A program made the position numbers and the translations under genes. This document shows, one piece after another, positions 43,445 to 53,579 of a stretch of DNA of 64,000 bases. Position 1 is the stretch's first letter, and each line of letters begins with the position of its first letter. Origin of the DNA: Nitrosopumilus sp. (GTDB lineage Archaea > Thermoproteota > Nitrososphaeria > Nitrososphaerales > Nitrosopumilaceae); the NCBI GenBank assembly GCA_965203315.1, contig OZ241857.1, forward strand, positions 1,568,001 through 1,632,000, written 5' to 3'. Below the pieces are notes generated by a model, which was not told the DNA's origin, searched no databases, and worked only from the letters and a program-made list of their open reading frames with translations.

Positions 43445-44280
43445 ATGTACAGAGAACAGAAAGTTAAATATTTAGATGTAGTTAGAAGTATCAATAACGT
43501 ATCGAAAAGACTCGATATGTATAACAAAATTAGTTTTGATAACACACTTGGATTTTTAGAAAAATTATTGTCAGTTCAATACAATTTACAAGAACAAAAC
43601 TTATTTCATAAATTAACTACAAGAGAATCAGAAAAAAACATAAGTTCATATGTCAACAAGCTTTTTTCATCTAACATTGAACAAATTTATGCTTCAGTTT
43701 TTTATTGGAGCGTAAATTAATGGAGCCTCCTCTCGCTAATATGAGATCAGTATTTGAATCAATTTCAAAAATGTATTATATTGTATTATTTCCTAAAGAA
43801 ATTGAAAACATATTGGTAAATGAAAAGCTTCGTAATGTTAAATTTGACAAAGTAAAAGAAGAATTAGATCGTATGGATTTAGAATATAAGAAAAAATACA
43901 AATATTTAACATTAAATCAAAACAAATATCGTGATTTTCAAAAAAAGTACACAGCAAGTCAAATTAGAAAAAATCTATACGGTGACCAATTACCTACAAT
44001 ACAAAAGAACTGGGATTTTCTTTGCCATAAGAGTCACGCTAACATAACCGAGTATCCTTATCACATAGCTTTAAATCAAAAAAATGATATTGTGTATTTT
44101 GAATTCCTCGCATGTTTGTTATTTTATAACATAACTGCAAATCTTGAAACAAGTTATGATTTAGAGTATTTTAATCTAATAAGTGAAGAACTTTACAGTA
44201 TAGCTAATCCTAAGTTCATGAGGTTTCACCTGATTCCAGATAAAACCTTTCTAGCTAAAAAACTAAAATTTGTTTGGTAA
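43445..44280 (+). pseudogene. DUF5677/HEPN-like protein frameshifted at a T6 run
   Basis: Two overlapping ORFs fuse if one T is added at 43698-43703; MRSVFES and WDFLCHKSHAN motifs. Confidence 0.6.
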
Positions 44281-44387
44281 CATATAGTGGCTAGATTACT
44301 GTGGTTATGTTTTGACAATCAGTGTATAAAATGCGATCAATTAAGGGTTTGACTAGTGAAATCTAGTGATTATCAAGTAACTTTTGA

Positions 44388-44498
44388 GGATCTTTTTGGT
44401 TTATGTGAGATGAATGGTTGCAGAAAAAGTACCAGGATTATAAAAGAAAATTATTGAAAAACCTTACGAAACACATCACACATAAACCTAAAAGATCC
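44388..44498. mobile_element. IS6-derived MITE (family A), opposite orientation to the other copies
   Basis: GGATCTTTTTGGTTTATGT...ACATAAACCTAAAAGATCC; interior is the reverse complement of the 22120 and 37700 copies. Confidence 0.85.
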
Positions 44499-44548
44499 AC
44501 ATAAAGAGATATAAATATTTAGTTGTATATACATGCAGGTAATCATGA

Positions 44549-45217
44549 ATGAGTGATGTTGGTAATTTGTTTGAAGGGCAGGTCAAGACGATTATGGACA
44601 AAATAAAAAAAGGACATTTTCTTGATCGTAATCTCATAGCAACTGATCTAGTTAGGGCATCAATGATCTTTGAAAGCATAGATGATCAACTAACAAAGTT
44701 TATCGTATTGTTGCTAGGAAATAAAAACAACAAACCCGTATCGTTGATTTGTTTACATCTAGAGATGTATATCTTACACAAGATATTTCCTAAACTGTCA
44801 CTAGAGTTGAGTTACCCAAATCATAATCCGAATAATGATACTGTAACTGTTCGCATAGAATATTTAATAGTTAGAGGGATAGTAAAGTTTGGTGACAAAC
44901 TTGTGCTTACTGACTCTGGGCTCGAAAAATACAGAGAGTATAAAGAAACATCGACTAAAGAGGAACTTGAAGTCACAAAAGATTTCAAAGATCTATTCAA
45001 TGATTTAACCCTTGATGAACTTTGGGCATTAGTATATTTTTCACATCCTGAACTAAAAATTGAACATAACATATATGAGAGAATAACATCAAAACGTAAA
45101 GAACTTGCTTACTCTATGTATCATAAAGATAAATTAACTCTATCGAAAACAGCACAAATAGCAGATAAATATTTGGGAGATGTTATGAATGAATTAGCAT
45201 TAGTAAATCCAAAATAA
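44549..45217 (+). CDS. wHTH + UPF0175-like antitoxin-type protein (paralogue of 22418-23146)
   Basis: LVLTDSG wing; LAYSMY...LTLSKTAQIA; shares a near-identical 41-codon block with its paralogue. Confidence 0.7.
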   Translation: MSDVGNLFEGQVKTIMDKIKKGHFLDRNLIATDLVRASMIFESIDDQLTKFIVLLLGNKNNKPVSLICLHLEMYILHKIFPKLSLELSYPNHNPNNDTVTVRIEYLIVRGIVKFGDKLVLTDSGLEKYREYKETSTKEELEVTKDFKDLFNDLTLDELWALVYFSHPELKIEHNIYERITSKRKELAYSMYHKDKLTLSKTAQIADKYLGDVMNELALVNPK

Positions 45218-45335
45218 AAATTCTAGATGCGACAATAGTGATAAAATTTTTAGACAAGATGTGACACAAATATAGATTCGCTAAACTGTCTCATTATTAT
45301 GAATTGGTCTATGACAAAATTGTTCCTCAAAAAAA
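45212..45335 (+). pseudogene. PIN-domain toxin remnant
   Basis: KIKILDATIVIKFLDKM*HKYRFAKLSHYYELVYDKIV aligns with the 22235-22427 remnant; internal TGA. Confidence 0.55.
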
Positions 45336-45478
45336 CCAACTAACGAGAACACAAGTGATATTACTTTTGTACCGTTAACTCAAAAGTAGTTTTGTATAGT
45401 CACGTTTTATATGTGTGAGCAAAATAGTTTGTCTCTGAATAAAACAATATTGTGATATCAAACATTAGAAATTACTAC

Positions 45479-46135
45479 TCATCTGTGTAACGCACTTGCA
45501 AATTCGTTGATAATCTTTGTCCAACTCTTTGCCTTTATTATCCCACTCGCAACAAGTACTCCACTAGATCCCAATTCTACTGCCTTTGTAACATCATCTC
45601 CTGATACGATTCCTGCTCCACATAGTAGACTAGTCTCCGCGTTGCGTTTTACTGCATCCACTGCCTTGGTGATCAATTCTGGCTTTTCTGTAGATACTGC
45701 TCTTCCTGAGCCTATTAGTTCAGGTGGTTCTATAGCGATATAGTCCGGATTAATCTCTGCATACCTACGTGCCTCACCAACACTACGGACACATACAATT
45801 GAGATCATATTCAATTTACGTAGCTTTGCGACTATGCTGAATATCGTTTTGCTTGGTATGCGTTGTTCACTGTGATTTATGAGCGAGCCTGCAACACGAT
45901 CTTTTTTGAGCAGCTCTGGAACAACATACCCAGTAGTACTGCCAGGTGCAGCATCATCAACATGTTGTGCAAATATTGGAATCGAACTCTGTGCTGCTAT
46001 ATTTAGTAGATGTGTTGGAGGAGCTATCGCAATCTTGACTGAATATCTCTGTGATATCTTTGTAGATATCTTTACCAGTCGGCTTAGGCTGGTTGCAGTG
46101 ATCTCTGCATAATTTTTACAGTTTATTATGATCAT
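45479..46135 (-). CDS. tpiA: Triosephosphate isomerase (archaeal type)
   Basis: NCKNY, AQH, NHSE, EPPELIG and CGAGI motifs. Confidence 0.96.
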   Translation of the reverse strand: MIIINCKNYAEITATSLSRLVKISTKISQRYSVKIAIAPPTHLLNIAAQSSIPIFAQHVDDAAPGSTTGYVVPELLKKDRVAGSLINHSEQRIPSKTIFSIVAKLRKLNMISIVCVRSVGEARRYAEINPDYIAIEPPELIGSGRAVSTEKPELITKAVDAVKRNAETSLLCGAGIVSGDDVTKAVELGSSGVLVASGIIKAKSWTKIINEFASALHR

Positions 46136-46413
46136 TTCTCTTTAAACTATAATCACAGATATTTAATCTTTGACTAGTACGTGTCTAGACTTACTCATGT
46201 GGCTCTTAACTTAGCTGGTAGGGAAAAGAGAGAAATCGATAGTTTTCACGCTACATTCCTTAAATTTTGCAAGTTATGAAAAATGGTTAGATCAACTATT
46301 GGAGATTGTCACTGTCAAGTTGCATACTAGGCGTTTCTTGAAATAACTGCATCTTAATCTTGACCTCTAGATAAGTTAAAAGAACCATAAATACAACTAC
46401 GGTAAAACAGTCT

Positions 46414-47154
46414 ATGGATATAGACAAAATTACAATTGATGATTTTGTGATGCTTGGAAATGCAGAGCCTGACAGGACTAGTGATAATAGAGTTACAGTT
46501 TGCACAGCAGGATATTCTAAGAAACATGGCCTAGTGCGCATCTACCCCGTTCCCTCTGATGCAAACATACACCGGTGGGATATCTCGGAAATTCAACTAG
46601 AAAGAAATCCTCAAGATACACGAAACGAAAGTTGGAAGATTCAAGGTTCAAAATCAGAATGGAATAAAATAAAATCTAAAATTAACGTACATGGAAAACT
46701 TAAAAAACAAGAGCAGGTACAATTACTGTCTCAATTATACAAAGAATTTGGCGTTGATTGTGTTCTAGATCTCAATGATCAAAGACGAAGTCTAGGATTT
46801 ATCAAACCAACTGATATGCAACATAGATTTGAAAAAAGGAAGCATCGAGACATGGGTATTCAAACCACGTTGTTTTCAAACAAACCATTTCTTACCATAA
46901 ATGACTATGACTTTCAACCTAGAATGAATTATCGTTGCGTTAACTGTAAAGCGAAACAATCACATGATCAACAAATATTAGAGTGGGGCGTTTATGAGTG
47001 GATGAGAAAAAATCCAGATAATATGGATCAGGTCTGGAAGAATTTGCATCTTGATGAGTCAGGATATGATATAACATTTCTTGTAGGTAATCTATTTCGC
47101 TACAAGAATTCTTTTGTGATTATCAGCATATTCAGACCTAAAATCAACAAATAA
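46414..47154 (+). CDS. Uncharacterised OB-fold-like/Zn-binding protein of the type found next to DUF488 genes
   Basis: TVCTAG...RIYPVP, D.R.ESWK and C..C....H....EW motifs. Confidence 0.6.
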   Translation: MDIDKITIDDFVMLGNAEPDRTSDNRVTVCTAGYSKKHGLVRIYPVPSDANIHRWDISEIQLERNPQDTRNESWKIQGSKSEWNKIKSKINVHGKLKKQEQVQLLSQLYKEFGVDCVLDLNDQRRSLGFIKPTDMQHRFEKRKHRDMGIQTTLFSNKPFLTINDYDFQPRMNYRCVNCKAKQSHDQQILEWGVYEWMRKNPDNMDQVWKNLHLDESGYDITFLVGNLFRYKNSFVIISIFRPKINK

Positions 47155-47496
47155 CAGATCTGGATCGTCTATGATATCTCGTAATAGATGACGGTGACAC
47201 GGTATACCGTCAGGTTCGTAGCACAATAGCGTGATGTTTCTCTTGTTTGAATGTAATTTGTTAATTATATGTAGACTAGTATCATTTTGTAATTCATGTT
47301 TGAATTTTACAACAAATTCATTCCACTCGATATTATTATTCTTATATCTTTGTAATAGATCTGCACTAGGAGCTAGATCTCTGATCCACTTGTCAAAATG
47401 ATCCTTCTTTACACCTCTCGGATAAAACCTAGTGATTAAAATTCTAGTTCCATCTCCATACTGCTTTGGTTTGTAGATGCTTTTAGTCTTTATCAT
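47092..47496 (-). CDS. DUF488 (YeaO-like) protein
   Basis: DGTRILITRFYPRGVKK, LAPS..LL and LLCYE.....CHR motifs. Confidence 0.9.
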   Translation of the reverse strand: MIKTKSIYKPKQYGDGTRILITRFYPRGVKKDHFDKWIRDLAPSADLLQRYKNNNIEWNEFVVKFKHELQNDTSLHIINKLHSNKRNITLLCYEPDGIPCHRHLLRDIIDDPDLLFVDFRSEYADNHKRILVAK

Positions 47497-47691
47497 TACT
47501 TTACGATTTTTAGAGTATGATTTAATTTATGATGCTCAAAAACTATATCAAATTTGGTTAAAAGTTGTTATCCAAATCATACCAGAAAATCATCTGCCAT
47601 ATCATTAAGGTTCTGTTCAATTGACGGGGGTTGGCATTTTCTGCACAAAATTCTCGAAACTTTGCAAAATATGGAAGCGGTCTCAATTCTT

Positions 47692-48348
47692 TTAACTTAT
47701 CGAAGGCTGTATATTGTAAGCAAAATCTCTAAAGTTCGTCGGCGTAACAACGCCTGCCAATTCTCCGTCATCCAGTACTATTAGACGACGAATCTTGTTA
47801 CTCTTCATAATCTCTATCGCCTCGCTTATAGGCGTATTTGGTCCAACCCAGATAAAGTCCTTTGTCATTATAGAGTCTAATGGAATGTCGGCCACAGCTA
47901 TACTGTCTGATACAACTCCAACAATATCTCGTTCTGTGATCAGTCCTGCCGGTCTAGTGTCTTGTATGATGACCAAAAAACTGATCTTCTTCTCTTGTAG
48001 TATACGTGCAGCGTCAAGTAATGTCTGTTCTATGTTTATGGTTACTACATTACGTTGCATGATGTGCTTGATCTGTGTAGGGTACATTCGATCGTATCTA
48101 CGTTTCATGCTCAAAACAGCTCCCATCAAGATCATTGCGGCGACATTAGTCCCAATGATGTAGATATCCATCACTATTACGCCATAGATCAACCACAATG
48201 TTGCACCAGCCAGTATGAATATCATCAAAAACTTTGATACGTCTCGTAGATTCTTTGTCTTGTATCCTCTGTACAGTTGAGCAACCCAGCCTGTTAGGAT
48301 CAGTATTCCTGCTACGACTCCTAATAGTATAAAGAGAATATCTTCCAT
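47692..48348 (-). CDS. SemiSWEET/PQ-loop transporter domain fused to a CBS pair
   Basis: 3-TM unit (Q....YKTK...DVS, LWLIYG, II.TN) followed in frame by two CBS repeats (GLITERD, IRRLIV, GVVT). Confidence 0.85.
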   Translation of the reverse strand: MEDILFILLGVVAGILILTGWVAQLYRGYKTKNLRDVSKFLMIFILAGATLWLIYGVIVMDIYIIGTNVAAMILMGAVLSMKRRYDRMYPTQIKHIMQRNVVTINIEQTLLDAARILQEKKISFLVIIQDTRPAGLITERDIVGVVSDSIAVADIPLDSIMTKDFIWVGPNTPISEAIEIMKSNKIRRLIVLDDGELAGVVTPTNFRDFAYNIQPSIS

Positions 48349-48352
48349 TGTA

Positions 48353-50881
48353 TCATTTCCAAAAGAACTCGTCTAGACCCGTCTGTTTCGGCTTACCCAG
48401 TATGTCATCAAAGTTGAGATCCATAGATGACGTGATTTGTTCCAAGGTCGATTCTACCACTTCGAGATATTTTTTAGTATCGATCTCATCTTTACGGGCA
48501 TTCTCGAGTGGTTTGACACCAATCTTTCCAATCGTCTTGACATACGCTATACGATCACCACGTTTTAACTCTCTGGATTGAATCTGTCTTGCAGCTTTGA
48601 TATGTTGTGGCATAGTCTTTGTATACTCTTCTGGTGATTTGCTGAGCATTACATTGAATATAAGATCTTTTAATGGAATCTCTCGTGACTCTAATCTCTC
48701 TACATAATGTGCAATCTTTTCAGATATGGACTGTTTTGCACGCACAAAGTCATCGGGAGTCTTTACATTCGATAAAATATTCAATATCTCTTCAAATAGC
48801 TGTTTGATGAAGGGTGGCGTATGTGACTTTTTTCCTGTCAGACCTTTGACATCTACCTTGCCTGACTCTTTAACTCCTAGATAGTTCTTTTTTCTATTAC
48901 TGAGAACACAATATCTGTATACCTTGTCTATCTCTAGATCAACTCCATGATCTTGTTTTGCTTGTTCGATTACCCATTTGATCTGTTCTTTGGTGGGATC
49001 TTTGATGAATAGCGAATCTGTATCTCCGTAGAGCACTTGGATTCCTGACTCTTCACACTTTTTTATGGTCTCGAGAATTGTATGTCGACCTATCGCAGTA
49101 GTAGATTCTGCAGCTGGAAGAAAGTATAGTGGAAATATATCTGCGCCCATCACACCATAACTAGCGTTCAAGATCACTTTTAGTGCCTGACTTACCACTT
49201 CATACTGTTGCCTCTGTTCGTCGGTCAACGTCTCCTTTCTAGACAAGCTCTTGTAATAGTTGACACGAAGGTCACGTAGAGAACCGATTATCATGGATGT
49301 TATGCCATTCTTCTTTATACATGCCCAATGATTTGTTTGTGGTATGGTGTTCTTTTTACATTCCATATGTGGACAACGTACTGTCTCATATGACAAGTTC
49401 TTGACCTTGATTATACTGGGGTATAGACTAGCAAAATCCATGACTATTACATTAAAGTGAACACCTTCTTTTGGATCTATGACCAATCCTCCTCGATACT
49501 TTTTGTGTTTGCTTATTGCATCGGCGGTAACCTGTTCTGATCTCTCTTCCAACTCGTCTCTCCTTGGAATTACATAACCACGTCGCCTGTGTTCATAGTA
49601 CAATAGACTTCGAATCCATTGTGACACACCCATCCTCGCGATATCGTCTATTGGCATTCTGCCTATACGTGCCACAATAACTAGAATATTCATCAAGAGA
49701 TCCTCATTTGCACTAGTCAACTCATATGTTAACAGAGCATCATTGTAACAATAGTTTGCTGTCTGGTATAACGTCAACTCGTCAAGATTTAATCCATAAT
49801 CGATCTTTTGTTTACCTAGTAGTGCCTTTGAGACACTGTTTAGTGAATAATCTGTATACTTTTGACTGAACACATAGATTTGAAAGGAGCGATTTGAGAA
49901 TGTACGGTATAGATCAATATGTACTCCATGTTTGAGAGTTGCCGCATCTCTCATCATGTATAGTGGATTCGCTGATTTGTCTATGCGTAGTACCTCTGCT
50001 CTATTGTACAAGTACGGTAGGTCAAACTCGTCTCCGTTATACGTTATCAAAAATGGATACTCTTTAATTATTTTAAAAGCATCTAGTATCATCTGATCTT
50101 CTTTATCTTCGTCATAAAAAGAGACTTTTACTGACTCTTCCAACTCGTTCACTCCTTGTTGTGTATCTCTGGTGCGCAGCACCAATATCTGATCCCTGTC
50201 ATCTGATCCTTTGAGTCCTATGGCTGTTACTCGCTGCTGTGCAAGTTTGGCATCTGGTAGCCTACCCTCCGTCTCTACCTCTATGTCTATACTCAATCTC
50301 TGTATCTTCGGTATAGGTTGGTTTAGTAGATCGGCCCATTCTGATATGAATCTCTTGAACTCTTCTGCATCGACCATACTCTTGCTATCCACTTTGTCCC
50401 AAAGCAGACTCTTTAGAGCAAGTGTAACCTCATCTGATACTGGCATCTCGTATGATTTTATGGCGCTATCCTGAATTGTATAGTATCGTCCAATGATCAA
50501 CTCTTTGTCGTATAGATAGTTCTCGTAATACTTGATATCGGACTCCCATGTATAGATTGTATTGCGAATGCTTTGATCTGTACCGCCAATCACAAGTGGA
50601 TCAGCTGCAACAATCTTTGTCATTGTGATATAGTCGTCTTGAATCAAACTGTAACGTTTTATTTGAGAGATGTCCAAGATATCATCTCGTCCTTGTAACA
50701 TGCCAAGTTCATCAGGTGCAAGCTTTGAGTAACAGTAGGGCTTGTGGTTAGTGTTATCTTGCCATAGTATGATCTTTTGTGACTCTGGCTCATAAAACTT
50801 TAACACTACAGACTTTGTGGTGTTGTTGTATGTCGCAGATACCAACAATGCAGGTGGCATTGTATCTACTGGTTCACTCAT
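48353..50881 (-). CDS. polB: Family B DNA polymerase
   Basis: DIE exonuclease motif, DFASLYPSII, K...NASYG and YGDTDS. Confidence 0.97.
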   Translation of the reverse strand: MSEPVDTMPPALLVSATYNNTTKSVVLKFYEPESQKIILWQDNTNHKPYCYSKLAPDELGMLQGRDDILDISQIKRYSLIQDDYITMTKIVAADPLVIGGTDQSIRNTIYTWESDIKYYENYLYDKELIIGRYYTIQDSAIKSYEMPVSDEVTLALKSLLWDKVDSKSMVDAEEFKRFISEWADLLNQPIPKIQRLSIDIEVETEGRLPDAKLAQQRVTAIGLKGSDDRDQILVLRTRDTQQGVNELEESVKVSFYDEDKEDQMILDAFKIIKEYPFLITYNGDEFDLPYLYNRAEVLRIDKSANPLYMMRDAATLKHGVHIDLYRTFSNRSFQIYVFSQKYTDYSLNSVSKALLGKQKIDYGLNLDELTLYQTANYCYNDALLTYELTSANEDLLMNILVIVARIGRMPIDDIARMGVSQWIRSLLYYEHRRRGYVIPRRDELEERSEQVTADAISKHKKYRGGLVIDPKEGVHFNVIVMDFASLYPSIIKVKNLSYETVRCPHMECKKNTIPQTNHWACIKKNGITSMIIGSLRDLRVNYYKSLSRKETLTDEQRQQYEVVSQALKVILNASYGVMGADIFPLYFLPAAESTTAIGRHTILETIKKCEESGIQVLYGDTDSLFIKDPTKEQIKWVIEQAKQDHGVDLEIDKVYRYCVLSNRKKNYLGVKESGKVDVKGLTGKKSHTPPFIKQLFEEILNILSNVKTPDDFVRAKQSISEKIAHYVERLESREIPLKDLIFNVMLSKSPEEYTKTMPQHIKAARQIQSRELKRGDRIAYVKTIGKIGVKPLENARKDEIDTKKYLEVVESTLEQITSSMDLNFDDILGKPKQTGLDEFFWK

Positions 50882-51405
50882 ACCGTCTCATGCTCGTATT
50901 GGTCTAGTAATATTTTTGCCCACTTTGCAATCTTGTTCTGGTCCATCTTGGTAACCTGAACATTTGCTGCCGTTAACAGTTCGTCTACTGATTCGGGATA
51001 TGAGTTTATACATACAAATCGCTTAATTCCAACCGTGATTGCCATCTTTGTACATTCCAAACACGGTACAAATGTGGTGTACAATGTAGCATCTCTCGTC
51101 CCTGCCTCTATTCCAAATATTGCACAATGCATTATCGCATTGGCTTCTGCATGACTACACAGACAACGATCTAGTGACTGACCTGCATCTATCTTGCCTT
51201 CCATTCTCAACTGACATCTTGTACATCCTCCATCAAAGCAGTTCTTGATTCCAGGCGGCGTCCCGTTGTATCCGGTTGCAATCTGCCTGTTATTTTGAAC
51301 TATTACTGCACCAACCTTTCTAGTTATACAATTTGATCGTAGCTTTGCTAGTTCTGCCTGTAACATAAAGTATTCATCCCAATTTGGTCGTTCAAAATTA
51401 TACAT
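50878..51405 (-). CDS. dCMP deaminase family protein
   Basis: WDEYFM, TGYNG, HAE and PCLEC motifs. Confidence 0.93.
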   Translation of the reverse strand: MYNFERPNWDEYFMLQAELAKLRSNCITRKVGAVIVQNNRQIATGYNGTPPGIKNCFDGGCTRCQLRMEGKIDAGQSLDRCLCSHAEANAIMHCAIFGIEAGTRDATLYTTFVPCLECTKMAITVGIKRFVCINSYPESVDELLTAANVQVTKMDQNKIAKWAKILLDQYEHETV

Positions 51406-51692
51406 ACCTATTGCCTACGATTCTATGATATATTTATTCAGTTATATTCTGGACCAGTGTTTGCTATATGTCAATTAATTTTAAGAGTCTATGCAAAAGT
51501 CATTTTTAGACACATGATGTGTAAGTTCTTTTACTTGGAGGTAGAAAATTGAAGCGTTTGGTAACAAATCTCCAAACGACTCTTGTATTAAAATATAAAA
51601 AATGCAACTGTACTATAAACACAGATCACCACAACGTCCTTCGAACCAACATACTAGAAAAAACACTCACAATATAGCTATCTGTAAAGGAA

Positions 51693-53258
51693 CTACAAGA
51701 ACGCGTCGATTCCAGATTGATCTTTGTCTCGAGATTTGGTCTGACTATCTGTCAACTCTGTCATGATCTCTTGATTTCCTGCTGACTCTATTTGATTCTC
51801 CTCCAAGACTTTGGTTATCTTGCTACCCATTGATCTTGCCGCCTTTATCTTTCTACGACCGATCCAATAATATCGTTCATCGATGGTGTCGTTTGCGATC
51901 AATACTGTAAGCTTACCAACACCTTTACGACCTGTCCTTCCTCGCCTTTGCACAAAACGGATCGAACTCGGAACATTATCATAAAATATCACTTGATTTA
52001 CTTCTGCAATATCGAGTCCTTCCTCACCAACTCGAGTTGCGATCAGCACACGAAACTCTCCATCGCGAAATTTCTGAACCGTCTCAACTTGTTTCTTTTG
52101 TTTAAGACCTGTCTCACCTGCCTTGCCGATCAAGATACCTGCAGATATGTCCATCTTGACAAGATGTTGATATATCATATCTACAGAGTCCCTATAACTG
52201 GTAAATACCAAGGTCTTGCCTGGTATCGTCTCTATCAGTTGTTTCAGTTTTGGAAGCTTTGAATGCTCAATTCCTAGAGATTGCGCAGATCTTGCAAGAT
52301 GAATAGCTTTGGTAAAGTTTGGATCTATTTCAAATAACTCTTTGACTCCTGCACCTTTCTTCTTTGCTCCACGTTCACAATATTTGAGAAACGGTGTAAT
52401 GCCATGAGCTTCTAGTATATTTAGAGCATAATGTATTCTAATTGCAGTAAACAATGGTTTGGCAGAACGTCTATCCTGATTTAGAACAAACTGTCTAATC
52501 TTCAAGAGTCCAGATAATGACTGTTGACTGAGTCCTTTAATGCCGTTTCCTCTGAGTGTATCGTATCGTTGGTTTAGCGCAGCTTTGATTGCGTTCTGGA
52601 TCTTTTTTAGTTCAAGAGGTAAATCAACTCGAACCCACTCTGTATTGGTCACTTGAGTGTATGGTTTTACATCCGGACTCTCTTCTGTGCGTTCAGCAAC
52701 AGATGCTATTCGCAATCTAGTAATGATCTCTGTTGCTTTCTCTCTATCACTAGGGAGCGTTGCAGTCATGCCAATCAGTCGTGTATTAGAGCTTGAAAAG
52801 ACATCAGCTATTCCAGAATATGCATAGTCGCCAACAGTTCGATGGACTTCATCAAAGATCACAAGAGAGAACTGATCTGGAGAGACGATTCCTCTAGCTA
52901 GATCATTTCGAGTTATCTCTGGAGTCGCGCAGATGATACTATTGATCCACATCTTGGCTCGCTTTTTTACTAGATCTTCACCCGTTATGAGTGCAATATC
53001 ATCTATCAAGAGATTTGCCTTTAGAAACTCATAGTGTTGATTTACAAGTACGCGAGTTGGAGCAAGAAACAAGACCCCCCCACTTCTCTTTGCCAAATAT
53101 TCTGCCACAACTTGCAGTGCTATCGCCGTCTTGCCTAATCCTGTAGGTAGTACAACTATACAATTTTCGTCTGCTGCTTGACGTGCCAGATTAACTTGAT
53201 ATTCTCTCTTTTCTATAGCATTTTGTCGTACATACTTTTGTTCTATATATTGAGTCAA
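51693..53258 (-). CDS. hef: Hef/FANCM-like SF2 helicase (no nuclease domain)
   Basis: PTGLGKT, DEVH, TAT, GEEGLDI and QRRGRTGR motifs. Confidence 0.92.
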   Translation of the reverse strand: MTQYIEQKYVRQNAIEKREYQVNLARQAADENCIVVLPTGLGKTAIALQVVAEYLAKRSGGVLFLAPTRVLVNQHYEFLKANLLIDDIALITGEDLVKKRAKMWINSIICATPEITRNDLARGIVSPDQFSLVIFDEVHRTVGDYAYSGIADVFSSSNTRLIGMTATLPSDREKATEIITRLRIASVAERTEESPDVKPYTQVTNTEWVRVDLPLELKKIQNAIKAALNQRYDTLRGNGIKGLSQQSLSGLLKIRQFVLNQDRRSAKPLFTAIRIHYALNILEAHGITPFLKYCERGAKKKGAGVKELFEIDPNFTKAIHLARSAQSLGIEHSKLPKLKQLIETIPGKTLVFTSYRDSVDMIYQHLVKMDISAGILIGKAGETGLKQKKQVETVQKFRDGEFRVLIATRVGEEGLDIAEVNQVIFYDNVPSSIRFVQRRGRTGRKGVGKLTVLIANDTIDERYYWIGRRKIKAARSMGSKITKVLEENQIESAGNQEIMTELTDSQTKSRDKDQSGIDAFL

Positions 53259-53579
53259 ATTTAAAAATTGTATTCAAGTAGATGATTTTATAGTTTCGAT
53301 CTACATGCATATCTTGTATAGTTAGGCGTGCTACAGATCTAATATGTCAAGTCCTTGACTCTTAACTTGAGGACTGGTAACATTGTTCGTAAATATCTGA
53401 AAATTCCTGAAGCGCTAATGTGTTCATGTCAAATACTAGATCGTTTGATTCGTAAATGGATGCTTTTGTGCTTTGTTGTAGGTTCGACACCCAACTTAAC
53501 CGCCCATACATCATGTGTATAAAAACGACTTTTGCATAGATTCCTATGTTTATATATGTGGAGTTTAATAGTTAGCGGT

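Noticed and set aside
53347-53376. Hairpin GTCAAGTCCTTGA...TTGAGGACT as an IS200/IS605 end
   Set aside because: No tnpA, tnpB or iscB nearby and no clear second copy
53470-53506. tRNA-like T-arm/3' end (GTAGGTTCGACACCCAAC...GCCCA)
   Set aside because: The T-stem pairs poorly and no D-arm or acceptor stem could be built; at most a decayed fragment
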